From: Enterobacter phage vB_EholP_HHH
Reading direction: 5' to 3' (one strand)
Sequence record: PQ122694.1
Length of the DNA: 39,582 bases
Of this stretch, positions 6,361 through 16,659 are shown piece by piece (within the stretch, counting starts at the first letter, position 1; each line of letters begins with the position of its first letter). Under the pieces are notes generated by a model. It searched no databases. It had not been told where the DNA came from and saw only the letters and a list, made by a program, of their open reading frames with translations. The position numbers and the translations under genes were made by a program.

Positions 6361-9042
6361 ATGAGCGTCATCTCTATCGACAAACACGACTTCTCTGATG
6401 TGTCGAATGCCATTGAGCCGTTTAACCTGCTGGCTGACCACTACGGGCAAGACCTTGCAGTCAAACAGCTTCAACTTGAGCATGAGGCATACACTGAAGG
6501 CGAGCGACGTTTCATCAAGAACCTTGAGCGCCAGACTGAGCGCGGGGAACTGGCAGACAATCAGGTCGCCAAGCCTTTGATGCAGACTCTGGTCCCTAAG
6601 ATTGCGCAAGCCGTCAAGGAGTGGCACGAAGGCCCAGACGGGAAGCTGTCAACCTCTCGTCCTAGCGTAGCGTTCACCATGTTGAGCACTGAAGAGAAGG
6701 CCGTCAAGGACCGCTCTCTGCGCATCTCCTGCGAGTCTGCTGCGGTTATCATCCTGAAGGTCATCCTCTCCAAGCTGGTCAAGCCTGAAGGGATACCGAT
6801 TACACCGATGGCCTCCTCGATAGGTCGCACACTTGAAGATGAAATCCGCTTCGGTCGCATCCGTGACAAGGAGCAAGAGCACTTCAGGAAGGCGATAGCT
6901 GATAACCTGAACAAGCGAGCAGGGGCATCATACAAGAAAGCCTACATGCAAGCGGTTGAGACCTCCATGCTGGAGCAAGGTCAACTGGAAGATGCGTGGG
7001 GAACTTGGAGTCCGACCGAAGCGGTACACGTTGGAATCAAGATGCTTGAGATTGTCATCCAGTCTACACAACTGGTCGAGCTTAAGCGTTACGGTGCTGG
7101 CAATGCAGCGGCTGACGTTGAGATGGTCCACCTGTCAGACTTCTGGGTAAAGAAGATGGCACAACGTGGTTTCAGCCTTGCGGGTATTGCGCCAGTCTAT
7201 CAGCCTTGCGTCGTTCCACCTAAGCCGTGGACGGGTGTAGTAGGCGGTGGGTACTGGGCTAAAGGCCGCAGACCGTTACCACTGATTCGCTTAGGGTCTA
7301 AGTCTGCGGTAGCACGTTACGAAGATGTGTACATGCCTGAAGTCTATGACGCTGTGAATATCATTCAGAATACACCTTGGAAAGTGAACAAGAAGGTGCT
7401 GGACGTGGTGAACATGGTCGAGAAGCTGAACAACACGCCTATTGACGACATCCCTCAGATGGAGCCGCTGAAGCCTGAGGACTATGCGGGTGAGACTGAA
7501 GATGAACTCAAGGCGTGGAAGAAGGCTGCTGCTGGAATCTATCGCCGCGAGAAGGCCAGACAGTCACGCAGATTGTCATTGAGCTTTATCGTCAACCAAG
7601 CGAACAAGTTCTCTCAGTTCAAGGCCATCTGGTTCCCATACAACATGGACTGGCGCGGTCGAGTCTACGCTGTGCCGATGTTCAACCCTCAGGGTAACGA
7701 CATGCAGAAGGGTCTCCTGACTCTGGCAGTCGGCAAGCCTATTGGTGCTGATGGTTTCAAATGGCTGAAGGTACACGGTGCAAACTGTGCGGGTGTCGAT
7801 AAAGTCACCTTCGAGGAGCGCATCAAGTGGGTGGAAGACAACCACGACAACATCATGGCTGCTGCTAAGGAACCGATGGATAGCATTGAGTGGTGGGGCA
7901 AGTTAGACTCTCCGTTCTGCTTCCTTGCGTTCTGCTTCGAGTATGCTGGCGTAATGCACCACGGACTGTCCTACTCCTGCTCGCTGCCGATAGCGTTCGA
8001 TGGGTCCTGCTCTGGGATTCAGCACTTCAGCGCGATGCTTCGTGACCACATCGGTGGACATGCAGTAAACCTGACGCCATCCGGTAAGGTCCAAGACATC
8101 TACCGCATCGTGTCTGACCGCATTGAGGAGGAGCTTAAAGTCCTGCTGGTTAACGGTACGGACAACGAGATGGTGACTCACGAGGACAAGAAAACTGGTG
8201 AGATTACCGAACGTCTCAAGCTGGGGACACGAGAGCTGGCCCGTCAGTGGCTGACCTACGGAATGTCACGTAAGGTCACTAAGCGTTCGGTCATGACTCT
8301 GGCCTACGGGTCGAAAGAGTATGGCTTCGCAGACCAAGTGTACGAGGACATCGTGATGCCAGCGATTGACTCAGGGTCTGGCGCGATGTTCACCGAGCCA
8401 AGCCAAGCGTCTCGCTTTATGGCTAAGATGATCTGGGAAGCTGTGAGTGTGACCGTAGTTGCTGCGGTGGACGCTATGAAATGGCTTCAAGGTGCTGCCA
8501 AGCTGCTGGCTGCTGAAGTGAAGGACAAGAAGACTGGCGAAATCCTGAAGCCTTGCCTTCCGGTACACTGGGTAACACCTGATGGTTTCCCGGTCTGGCA
8601 GGAATACCGCAAGAAGGATACCACTCGTCTGAACCTGATGTTCTTAGGGTCATTCAACCTTCAGCCTACGGTCAACAAAGGCACGAAGAAAGAGCTGGAC
8701 AAGCACAAGCAGGAGTCAGGCATTAGCCCGAACTTCGTCCACTCACAAGATGGTAGCCACCTCCGCAAGACTGTAGTCCACACGCACCACAAGTATGGCG
8801 TGATGTCCTTCGCGGTGATTCACGACAGCTTTGGGACCATCCCAGCAGACGCTGAGTTCCTGTTCAAGGGAGTCCGTGAGACGATGGTCGAGACCTACCG
8901 CGACAACGATGTGCTGCTTGACTTCTACGAGCAGTTTGAATATCAGCTTCACGAGAGCCAGCGCGACAAGTTGCCTGAGCTGCCGAAGCGCGGTAAACTG
9001 AACATCGAAGACATTCTACTATCTGATTTCGCATTCGCCTAA
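6361..9042 (+). CDS. gp1: Single-subunit DNA-dependent RNA polymerase (T7 gene 1-like)
   Basis: An 893-aa product collinear with T7 RNAP: MSVISIDKHDFSD.., FPYNMDWRGRVYAVPMFNPQGNDMQKGLLTL, LPIAFDGSCSGIQHFSAMLRD, HDSFGTIPADA, and the FAFA C-terminus. The track ORF starts at 6310 but runs through the promoter; the ATG at 6361 with SD AAGGA matches the T7 N-terminus. Confidence 0.95.
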   Translation: MSVISIDKHDFSDVSNAIEPFNLLADHYGQDLAVKQLQLEHEAYTEGERRFIKNLERQTERGELADNQVAKPLMQTLVPKIAQAVKEWHEGPDGKLSTSRPSVAFTMLSTEEKAVKDRSLRISCESAAVIILKVILSKLVKPEGIPITPMASSIGRTLEDEIRFGRIRDKEQEHFRKAIADNLNKRAGASYKKAYMQAVETSMLEQGQLEDAWGTWSPTEAVHVGIKMLEIVIQSTQLVELKRYGAGNAAADVEMVHLSDFWVKKMAQRGFSLAGIAPVYQPCVVPPKPWTGVVGGGYWAKGRRPLPLIRLGSKSAVARYEDVYMPEVYDAVNIIQNTPWKVNKKVLDVVNMVEKLNNTPIDDIPQMEPLKPEDYAGETEDELKAWKKAAAGIYRREKARQSRRLSLSFIVNQANKFSQFKAIWFPYNMDWRGRVYAVPMFNPQGNDMQKGLLTLAVGKPIGADGFKWLKVHGANCAGVDKVTFEERIKWVEDNHDNIMAAAKEPMDSIEWWGKLDSPFCFLAFCFEYAGVMHHGLSYSCSLPIAFDGSCSGIQHFSAMLRDHIGGHAVNLTPSGKVQDIYRIVSDRIEEELKVLLVNGTDNEMVTHEDKKTGEITERLKLGTRELARQWLTYGMSRKVTKRSVMTLAYGSKEYGFADQVYEDIVMPAIDSGSGAMFTEPSQASRFMAKMIWEAVSVTVVAAVDAMKWLQGAAKLLAAEVKDKKTGEILKPCLPVHWVTPDGFPVWQEYRKKDTTRLNLMFLGSFNLQPTVNKGTKKELDKHKQESGISPNFVHSQDGSHLRKTVVHTHHKYGVMSFAVIHDSFGTIPADAEFLFKGVRETMVETYRDNDVLLDFYEQFEYQLHESQRDKLPELPKRGKLNIEDILLSDFAFA

Positions 9043-9054
9043 GGAGGCACCTAC

Positions 9055-9255
9055 ATGAAATTCGCACACAAGCAGACTGGCGTTAATGGTGGGACTCAAA
9101 TCGTGACCGTAACAGAACACAACGGCAAGGGTCTGGTGAAGACCACGGTCATCCCAACCGAGATGTCCAAGCAACTTAACGTCCCGTTCAAATGGCTGGT
9201 GAAGCTGGTTCAAGAGCGACACGAGTCAGAACTCAGCGAGGCGGTAACGAAATGA
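9055..9255 (+). CDS. Hypothetical protein between gene 1 and phi1.1 (66 aa)
   Basis: Strong SD (CTAAGGAGGCACCTACATG). No T7 counterpart at this position (T3 has gene 1.05 here). Confidence 0.5.
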   Translation: MKFAHKQTGVNGGTQIVTVTEHNGKGLVKTTVIPTEMSKQLNVPFKWLVKLVQERHESELSEAVTK

Positions 9256-9333
9256 CAGACCTTCAGTGGCTGGGAGTCTGGCTCCTAGCACTTGCAGTAT
9301 TCACCCTAATCCAACGCAGAAGAGGTTAACCCT

Positions 9334-9801
9334 ATGTTCGGTAAGTCAAAACTTAAAGCGCAAATCAAAGAGTTGAGCATGAAGTCGGCATACTTGGAGC
9401 GAGCCGTAGCTGTCCGGGACAAGGACAACGAGAGGCTGAAGGATAAACTTGCTGAATCCGAGCGCCAACGCTTAACGCCGCCAGAGCCTGTGACTGTGAA
9501 GCGTATGGTCGGCATCAAGTTCAGGGCCCTATTCAACGGCATGTACCAACCGACTGAGTTCAAAACTGGGCCGGGTAACTGTGGGAAGAACGTTAAGCAC
9601 TTCACCATCTCGAAGACTGAACGTACACTGACCATCCACCAGCACCACATAGACGGGTCCCAGAAAGACTTTGAGTACCGACTGAGCGACATCGACGGTC
9701 GCATCCAGTATGACTACGAGCTGGTGCAGGTCTACGGCGAGGAGGCAGAGCAGGAACGTATAGTCCAATCCTTCCGCAACAGTCCACGATTCATACCCTA
9801 A
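9334..9801 (+). CDS. Hypothetical protein, N-terminal coiled coil (155 aa)
   Basis: SD is GAGG. The stop codon lies inside the phi1.1 promoter, a typical T7-like arrangement. No recognisable catalytic motif. Confidence 0.55.
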   Translation: MFGKSKLKAQIKELSMKSAYLERAVAVRDKDNERLKDKLAESERQRLTPPEPVTVKRMVGIKFRALFNGMYQPTEFKTGPGNCGKNVKHFTISKTERTLTIHQHHIDGSQKDFEYRLSDIDGRIQYDYELVQVYGEEAEQERIVQSFRNSPRFIP

Positions 9802-9819
9802 ACTATCACTATAGGATTA
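9797..9819 (+). promoter_or_regulatory. Phage RNAP promoter (phi1.1-like)
   Basis: CTAAACTATCACTATAGGATTAG with +1 G at 9814. Confidence 0.75.
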
Positions 9820-9861
9820 GACTCAAGGTCATGACTCAAAGTCGTGGCCTTCATGATTAAC
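9818..9861 (+). promoter_or_regulatory. Candidate RNase III site (R1.1-like), conserved structured element copy
   Basis: tagactcaaggtcatgactcaaagtcgtggccttcatgattaac. Shares its 5' box (tagactcaaggtcat) and 3' box (gtggcctt(t/c)atgatta) with 269-316 and 16840-16880. The central region forms a small hairpin. Confidence 0.5.
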
Positions 9862-9890
9862 CCTAAACTCAATACAATCAGGAGCTACAT

Positions 9891-10071
9891 CATGTATCAG
9901 AACACCATCAACTTCGAGCGCATCCGTGAACGTCAGCAGACCGAGGGCTACATTCCTAAGGGACGCAAGCTGAACAAGACAAAACGTGGTGGTGGCGTGA
10001 AGGGTGCTTTCCGTAACGCTGAAGGTAAGGACTCTATGGTCAACCAAGAGAAGTATTTCGTAGGAGCGTAA
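9891..10071 (+). CDS. gp1.1: T7 gp1.1-like small basic protein
   Basis: The motif KGRKLNKTKRGG matches T7 gp1.1 (ATKGRKLNKTKRDRSHKR). The ATG at 9891 follows SD CAGGAG. The track start at 9844 lies inside the hairpin element and was rejected. Confidence 0.55.
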
Positions 10072-10074
10072 GTC

Positions 10075-10335
10075 ATGAACCATTACGAGCTTAAAGATTT
10101 CGCAAAGAGTCTTGGACTTGTGGTTGAGCACGACTGGTATGAGGACCTGAATCGTAAACTTAAGGTCGAGCGAGTGTCATTCAGGACAGAACACAGGTAC
10201 TCACCAAAGAACGGACACGAGCGTGGCGACCTGATAGCGAGACTTGAGTTTAATGACTCAATGGGTCCAACAGAATACGCCGATGCCATCGGTCCAGCTT
10301 ACAACGCACTTAAACAATTTGAACTGTGGAGATAA
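10075..10335 (+). CDS. T7 gp1.2-like protein (host dGTPase inhibitor family by position)
   Basis: 86 aa (T7 gp1.2 is 85 aa). Same position between 1.1 and the ligase. Sequence similarity is weak (HDWYED..). Confidence 0.45.
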   Translation: MNHYELKDFAKSLGLVVEHDWYEDLNRKLKVERVSFRTEHRYSPKNGHERGDLIARLEFNDSMGPTEYADAIGPAYNALKQFELWR

Positions 10336-11372
10336 CCAGAATGACAACTATCAAGACCAACCCGCATCGCGCTGTAGATTACTCTGAGTCCGGCGTTAAG
10401 AAAGCACTGGACGCAGCCGGGTCGCTGGAAGCTGAAGTGAAGTACGACGGTGTGCGTCTCAACATCCCGGTCCTTCGTGAAGGTGAGACCTACTGGCTGA
10501 GCCGTGAGTCGAAACCTCTGCCAGCCTTGGAGTGGATGAACTCTGAGTTAGGCAATGCTTGGACCCAAGCTGACTGGCGTTGGTTCCTGCGTCAAGCTGG
10601 CTACGAAGGTGTGGGCCTGATGATTGACGGCGAGGTCATGGTTAAAGGTGTGGACTTCAACACATCATCAGGTCTCATCCGAACGAAGTGGCTGAAGCCT
10701 GACAACGAGGCGTTCGCTGAATGCTATCCGGGCCGTGGCAAGAAGGTCCCGTTCTGGGTCGCCAGGTCCCGACTTCAGGTTGTGGTCTACGGTGTCGTCG
10801 ACATGACGACCATAGCCGACCCGAAAGCCGAAGGTCCTATCCATAGCGTCACCCGCCTGAAAGCCGAAGCTATCGTCCCTCTCCTCCAGAAATACTTCCC
10901 TGAAATAGACTGGGTTCTATCTGAGTCACACACGGTCTTTGACCTTGAGTCGCTCAACTCCCTCTACGAAGAGAAGCGTCTGGAAGGACACGAGGGTCTG
11001 GTAGTAAAGGACCCACTGGGTAAGTACAAGCGTGGCAAGAAGTCAGGCATGTGGAAGATGAAGACTGAGGAGACCATCGACGGGACCGTGTGTGGCCTCG
11101 TTTGGGGGACTCCGGGTAAGGCCAACGAAGGAAAGGTTATCGGCTTCGAGGTTCTACTTGAGGATGGAATGGTGGTTAACGCCTGCGGCCTGACTGAGAC
11201 AAAGAAGGATGAGTACACCGCTGCGGTAAAAGAGTACCCAGAAGGTGAAGAGTTCTTCAACGGCTGGCAGTGCGAAGTCCTCTTCATGGAGCGGTTCCCT
11301 GACGGCTCCCTTCGTCACCCTAGCTTCAAGTGCTGGCGTGGAACGGAAGACAATCCAACCGTTAAGAGTTAA
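10326..11372 (+). CDS. gp1.3: ATP-dependent DNA ligase (T7 gp1.3-like)
   Basis: Adenylation motif EVKYDGVRL (KxDG), EGLVVKDP, and an OB-fold domain at the C-terminus. 348 aa. Confidence 0.9.
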   Translation: MEITRMTTIKTNPHRAVDYSESGVKKALDAAGSLEAEVKYDGVRLNIPVLREGETYWLSRESKPLPALEWMNSELGNAWTQADWRWFLRQAGYEGVGLMIDGEVMVKGVDFNTSSGLIRTKWLKPDNEAFAECYPGRGKKVPFWVARSRLQVVVYGVVDMTTIADPKAEGPIHSVTRLKAEAIVPLLQKYFPEIDWVLSESHTVFDLESLNSLYEEKRLEGHEGLVVKDPLGKYKRGKKSGMWKMKTEETIDGTVCGLVWGTPGKANEGKVIGFEVLLEDGMVVNACGLTETKKDEYTAAVKEYPEGEEFFNGWQCEVLFMERFPDGSLRHPSFKCWRGTEDNPTVKS

Positions 11373-11381
11373 CTAAACGTC

Positions 11382-11419
11382 AACCCAGTGGTCTTATGAC
11401 TGCTGGGTTTATTTCGTTT
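11382..11419 (+). terminator. Early terminator TE homologue (rho-independent)
   Basis: aacccagtggtc-ttat-gactgctgggtt forms a 12-bp stem with two G.U pairs, followed by tatttcgttt. It lies directly after the ligase gene, exactly where T7 TE sits. Confidence 0.65.
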
Positions 11420-11433
11420 AAGGAGGTGCCTAA

Positions 11434-11529
11434 ATGCTACATATTGTTATCCTTCCAGTGGCCTTGGTCGCTGCATACTGGTTCACCGTAGGTTACTGCA
11501 AGTTAATCAGTTACCTAACTGACAACTAA
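11434..11529 (+). CDS. Small hydrophobic peptide (31 aa; gene 1.4/1.5 position)
   Basis: Strong SD AAGGAGGTGCC. Product MLHIVILPVALVAAYWFTVGYCKLISYLTDN. Stop lies next to the following promoter. Confidence 0.3.
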   Translation: MLHIVILPVALVAAYWFTVGYCKLISYLTDN

Positions 11530-11547
11530 ACTATCACTGTAGGACAA
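11525..11547 (+). promoter_or_regulatory. Phage RNAP promoter (variant CACTGTAGGA)
   Basis: CTAAACTATCACTGTAGGACAAC with +1 G at 11542. Confidence 0.6.
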
Positions 11548-11575
11548 CCATAACTTCGACCTAAGGAGGCCGGCC

Positions 11576-11836
11576 ATGTTTAAGAACTTAATGTTCAACC
11601 GTTATTCCAATACCTTCCACCTGTCCAACAACCCGTTCGCTTGCATTAAGCGTAACGAGAAGCTGGGTTACTTCGGGAAGGCCATTAAGCTGTCACCTAC
11701 AGTCTTCGCTCTGATTACTCCGGGCAAAGCTGAAGAGGCTCGCCAGAAGCGTGAGACCAGCGTACCTGTGGTCTACACTAAGTGGCCTCGCGTTCGTCTG
11801 TTTGTTGAGTTCGTGAAGGAGGTGGTAAATGACTAA
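11576..11836 (+). CDS. T7 gene 1.6-position protein (86 aa)
   Basis: SD is CTAAGGAGGCCGGCCATG. Position and size match T7 gp1.6 (88 aa). Confidence 0.5.
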   Translation: MFKNLMFNRYSNTFHLSNNPFACIKRNEKLGYFGKAIKLSPTVFALITPGKAEEARQKRETSVPVVYTKWPRVRLFVEFVKEVVND

Positions 11837-12254
11837 GCACGAGCAGATAGTAGTTAAACTGGTGGAACAGAACACCAATAAACAAGATTCCCATAACTCC
11901 TGTCAGGGTACATCATGCCACGGCGTAGACTGTAGTGGATGCCCATTCAATGATAATGACGACGGAGAGATGACTTTAGGCAAACTCCGTGAGTCCATCA
12001 AGCCAGCAGTCACTGACGATGGTGTGCGCAAGCCCTCCCACTATCAGGTCTTTGACGGTGTGGAGTCCATTGAGATTATCGCCCGGTCCATGACTGTCAG
12101 CGAGTTCCGTGGCTTCTGCATGGGTAACGTCCTGAAGTATCGACTCCGAGCTGGTAAGAAGTCCGAGCTGGCTACTATGGAGAAGGACCTGAGCAAAGCG
12201 GCCTTCTATCAGGAGCTGTTCGACCTGCATAAAGGTAAGTGCTATGACTCCTAG
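11829..12254 (+). CDS. gp1.7: Nucleotide kinase (T7 gp1.7-like, shortened N-terminus)
   Basis: C-terminal [72 protein letters not shown] matches T7 gp1.7 (KPSHYMLFDDIEAIEVIARSMTVEQFKGYCFGNILKYRLRAGKKSELAYLEKDLAKADFYKELFEKHKDKCYA). Confidence 0.8.
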   Translation: MTKHEQIVVKLVEQNTNKQDSHNSCQGTSCHGVDCSGCPFNDNDDGEMTLGKLRESIKPAVTDDGVRKPSHYQVFDGVESIEIIARSMTVSEFRGFCMGNVLKYRLRAGKKSELATMEKDLSKAAFYQELFDLHKGKCYDS

Positions 12255-12339
12255 TAGCTGGTGTGAGATGATGTTCGAGAGGACAGGTAACGCTGACTAT
12301 CTCGAAATGTACAACCTCTGGAAAGGGAGAGGACTATGA
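12244..12339 (+). CDS. Small ORF (31 aa; gene 1.8 position)
   Basis: Start overlaps the 1.7 stop region. Weakly supported. Confidence 0.25.
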   Translation: MTPSSWCEMMFERTGNADYLEMYNLWKGRGL

Positions 12340-12500
12340 GTCAGGACGAGAAGAAGTACATCGTGGAACTTGAGGGTCGCGTTCAGTCCTTTGAGGTCCC
12401 GGTATACGCCAAGTCTCTGGACGAGGCGACCCTGAAGTCTCAGGAGTATGAAGATGCTGGTTTCGTGGTAGGCCGCATCAGACCTGAGCTGCGCGACTAA
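12336..12500 (+). CDS. gp2: Host RNA polymerase inhibitor Gp2-like
   Basis: [34 protein letters not shown] resembles T7 Gp2 ([34 protein letters not shown]). 54 aa. Stop lies within the next promoter. Confidence 0.7.
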   Translation: MSQDEKKYIVELEGRVQSFEVPVYAKSLDEATLKSQEYEDAGFVVGRIRPELRD

Positions 12501-12518
12501 ACTATCACTTTAGGAACA
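12496..12518 (+). promoter_or_regulatory. Phage RNAP promoter (phi2.5-like; variant CACTTTAGGA)
   Basis: CTAAACTATCACTTTAGGAACAC with +1 G at 12513. Confidence 0.6.
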
Positions 12519-12547
12519 CCTTAACTTTAACTAGGAGATTTACACCG

Positions 12548-13246
12548 ATGGCTAAAGAGCAACTGAAGACTTTCACCACTCCGGTAGCTGGTATCGTTGA
12601 GCCTTACGCATGGCTTAACAAAGCAGACACCAAGTTCAACGAGCGCGGTGAGCATAAAGTCAACCTGACATTCGACCTGAGCGACCCTAAGGTACGCAAG
12701 ATGATCGATGTCTTGCAGAAGATTCACGACGATGCGTATGCGAAAGCACTCGCAGACCACGAGAAGAACCCACCTCAGGTTCAGCGTGGCAAGAAGCCTA
12801 TCGAACCACGTGAAGGCGACATGCCGTGGATTGAGAACGGTGACGGCACTGTTACCCTGAAGTTCAAATGCTTTGCGTCTTACTTGAAAGACGGCAAGTC
12901 CGAGCCTATCGTATTACGGTTCTACGACACCGATGCTAAACTCATCCGTGACGTCCCGAATATTGGCTCAGGGTCTAAGCTGAAGGTCAAGTTCAAAGTC
13001 CTGCCCTTCAAGTGGAATGCTGCGACTGGTGCGAGCGTGAAGCTACAACTGGAGTCCTGCCTGCTGGTCGAACTGAAAGAGTGGTCCGGCGAGGGCAGTG
13101 GTGGCGATGGTGGCTGGGGTGACGATGAAGACATCGGCTCTGGTGGCTACAAAGCGTCTACTGACGGTGACTTCGGGTCTGACGACTTCGGTGAAGATGC
13201 CGATGGTGGTGATGACTCTGCGTCCGGTGGCGACTACGACTTCTAA
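12548..13246 (+). CDS. gp2.5: Single-stranded DNA-binding protein (T7 gp2.5-like)
   Basis: 232 aa (same as T7 gp2.5). OB-fold N-terminus and an acidic C-terminal tail ending DGGDDSASGGDYDF (T7 tail ends ..DF). Confidence 0.9.
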   Translation: MAKEQLKTFTTPVAGIVEPYAWLNKADTKFNERGEHKVNLTFDLSDPKVRKMIDVLQKIHDDAYAKALADHEKNPPQVQRGKKPIEPREGDMPWIENGDGTVTLKFKCFASYLKDGKSEPIVLRFYDTDAKLIRDVPNIGSGSKLKVKFKVLPFKWNAATGASVKLQLESCLLVELKEWSGEGSGGDGGWGDDEDIGSGGYKASTDGDFGSDDFGEDADGGDDSASGGDYDF

Positions 13247-13248
13247 TC

Positions 13249-13704
13249 GTGGCTGCATGGACACCAAAACGGGGGCACTCTGTGGGTGCCTACCGCTCTG
13301 GACTTGAGGCCAAGAACCAGCAGTGGCTGGAGCAGAACGGCGTCAAAGCGGAGTACGAAAGCCATTATATCAACTATGTGATTCCGGCTTCCGACCACAA
13401 GTACACACCAGACTTCATCCTTCCGAACGGAATCATCGTCGAGACCAAAGGCATCTTCGATAGTGAGGACCGTAAGAAGCATCTTCTGGTGCGCGAGCAG
13501 TACCCTGAGCTGGACATCAGGTTCGTGTTCTCCTCGTCTCGCTCAAAGTTATACAAAGGGTCTCCGACCACGTATGGTGCATGGTGCGAAAAGAACGGCT
13601 ATAAGTTTGCCGACAAGTTTATCCCGGTTGAGTGGCTGAAAGAGGCGACTGTGCGTCTGCCTTCCGGTATACTCATCCCGAAGAAAGGAGCTAAGAAATG
13701 CTGA
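13249..13704 (+). CDS. gp3: Endonuclease I, Holliday junction resolvase (T7 gp3-like)
   Basis: GAYRSGLE.., YTPDFILPNGIIVETKGIFDSEDRKKHLLVREQYPELDIRFVFSSSRSKLYKGSPTTYG is near-identical to the T7 endonuclease I core. GTG start is coupled to the 2.5 stop. Confidence 0.9.
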   Translation: MAAWTPKRGHSVGAYRSGLEAKNQQWLEQNGVKAEYESHYINYVIPASDHKYTPDFILPNGIIVETKGIFDSEDRKKHLLVREQYPELDIRFVFSSSRSKLYKGSPTTYGAWCEKNGYKFADKFIPVEWLKEATVRLPSGILIPKKGAKKC

Positions 13705-14168
13705 CCTGTAAAGACCTTAAAGTAGGAGCTTGGTATAAGTTCTCTCCGTCTGTTCTGGAGGACAACAACTTCACCAACGCTACGTTCGAAAAGAGAGAGG
13801 ACCATAGTGTCATCGTTGTGGTAGGCAACAACTTTGAGTCGGACTACGTTGGTGAAAAGACTTCATGGAACGGTCATCAGGACTGGGAAGTTGTGGAGGT
13901 CGAAACTCCTAACGCTGAGAAACCTCAAGTCCTACAAGCCTCCAGCATACCTCCTGTAGCGGTGAAACGAGAAGTCCTGACCATCGACAAGATTGGTGTA
14001 GGCCAGACGTTCATCGTTCATGGTCGCCCTGACGAAGTGTACGTGAAGATTAGCAACTCGCATGTCTTCAACCATAAGCGCCTACAGATGCACACGACTG
14101 TTAGCGAGCGCTTCAAGTCTCACCTGAATCTCGTAATCGTCGAGCTGGTGGTGTACAATGGTAAGTAA
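13698..14168 (+). CDS. Hypothetical protein inserted between genes 3 and 3.5 (156 aa)
   Basis: SD is AAAGGAG. T7 has no gene between endonuclease I and lysozyme. No recognisable motifs. Confidence 0.55.
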   Translation: MLTCKDLKVGAWYKFSPSVLEDNNFTNATFEKREDHSVIVVVGNNFESDYVGEKTSWNGHQDWEVVEVETPNAEKPQVLQASSIPPVAVKREVLTIDKIGVGQTFIVHGRPDEVYVKISNSHVFNHKRLQMHTTVSERFKSHLNLVIVELVVYNGK

Positions 14169-14616
14169 GGTTCAGTTCAAACCACGAGCCGTGACTGACG
14201 CAATCTTCGTCCACTGTTCAGCGACCCAACCGTCTCAGGACATCGGCGTAGATACTATCCGCATGTGGCACAAACAGCAGGGATGGCTGGACGTTGGCTA
14301 CCACTTCGTCATCAAACGCGATGGCACTGTGGAGTCTGGACGCCCGGTCGATGTAGTAGGGTCACACGTTAAGGATTGGAACTCCCGGTCCGTAGGCGTC
14401 TGCCTTGTAGGTGGAATTGACGCCAAGGGCAAGTTTGAAGCCAACTTCACTCCTGCTCAGATGAGCGCTCTACGCAACAAGCTGGCTGAACTGAAGGCAC
14501 TGTACCCTCAGGCAGACATCAAGGCTCACCACGATGTAGCACCAAAGGCTTGCCCAAGTTTCGACTTGCAGCGCTGGCTGAATACTAACGAACTGGTCAC
14601 TTCCGACCGAGGCTAA
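14158..14616 (+). CDS. gp3.5: N-acetylmuramoyl-L-alanine amidase / lysozyme, RNAP inhibitor (T7 gp3.5-like)
   Basis: VQFKPR..DAIFVHCSATQPSQ..WLDVGYHFVIKRDGTVESGR..GSHVK..NSRSVGVCLVGGIDAKGKFEANFTPAQM..AHHDVAPKACPSFDLQRW..NELVTSDRG is collinear with T7 lysozyme (151 aa). Confidence 0.9.
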   Translation: MVSKVQFKPRAVTDAIFVHCSATQPSQDIGVDTIRMWHKQQGWLDVGYHFVIKRDGTVESGRPVDVVGSHVKDWNSRSVGVCLVGGIDAKGKFEANFTPAQMSALRNKLAELKALYPQADIKAHHDVAPKACPSFDLQRWLNTNELVTSDRG

Positions 14617-14630
14617 TAAGGAGAATTAAC

Positions 14631-14843
14631 ATGATTAAGTTTATTGAATTTCTGGGTCGTCTGGTTGTGCGTGGTTATTCTCGTGCTGCGAGTGTGGAAC
14701 GAAAAGTCGCATCTGCTGCGGCTAAAGGTGCGGAAGCGGCTGCTGCGGAAGCGGATAGTCTTCGCATCAAGTCTCTTGACGCTGGCCTACGTGCCAAAGG
14801 CCTTGACAAGAAAGCCGAGCAACTGAAAGGCTTCTTCAGCTAA
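14631..14843 (+). CDS. Hypothetical Ala-rich helical protein (70 aa; gene 3.8 position)
   Basis: Strong SD TAAGGAGAATTAACATG. No HNH motifs (T7 gp3.8 is an HNH nuclease). Low-complexity AAAKGAEAAAAEA segment. Confidence 0.5.
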   Translation: MIKFIEFLGRLVVRGYSRAASVERKVASAAAKGAEAAAAEADSLRIKSLDAGLRAKGLDKKAEQLKGFFS

Positions 14844-14861
14844 ACTATCACCTTAGGGATG
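14839..14861 (+). promoter_or_regulatory. Phage RNAP promoter (phi4-like; variant CACCTTAGGGA)
   Basis: GCTAAACTATCACCTTAGGGATG with +1 G at 14856. Confidence 0.6.
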
Positions 14862-14908
14862 AGACCACGAGTCTTGTCCCTTTGTTCGCATTATTGACTA
14901 AGGAGTGA

Positions 14909-16615
<1,707 letters not shown>

Positions 16616-16659
16616 CCTTGAGTCAAGACTTGAAGAATCACTTAAACGGAGGGTAACTA

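Noticed and set aside
9844-9890. Longer start (9844) for the gene 1.1-like ORF
   Set aside because: That ATG lies inside the conserved hairpin element and lacks an SD. The ATG at 9891 is preceded by CAGGAG.
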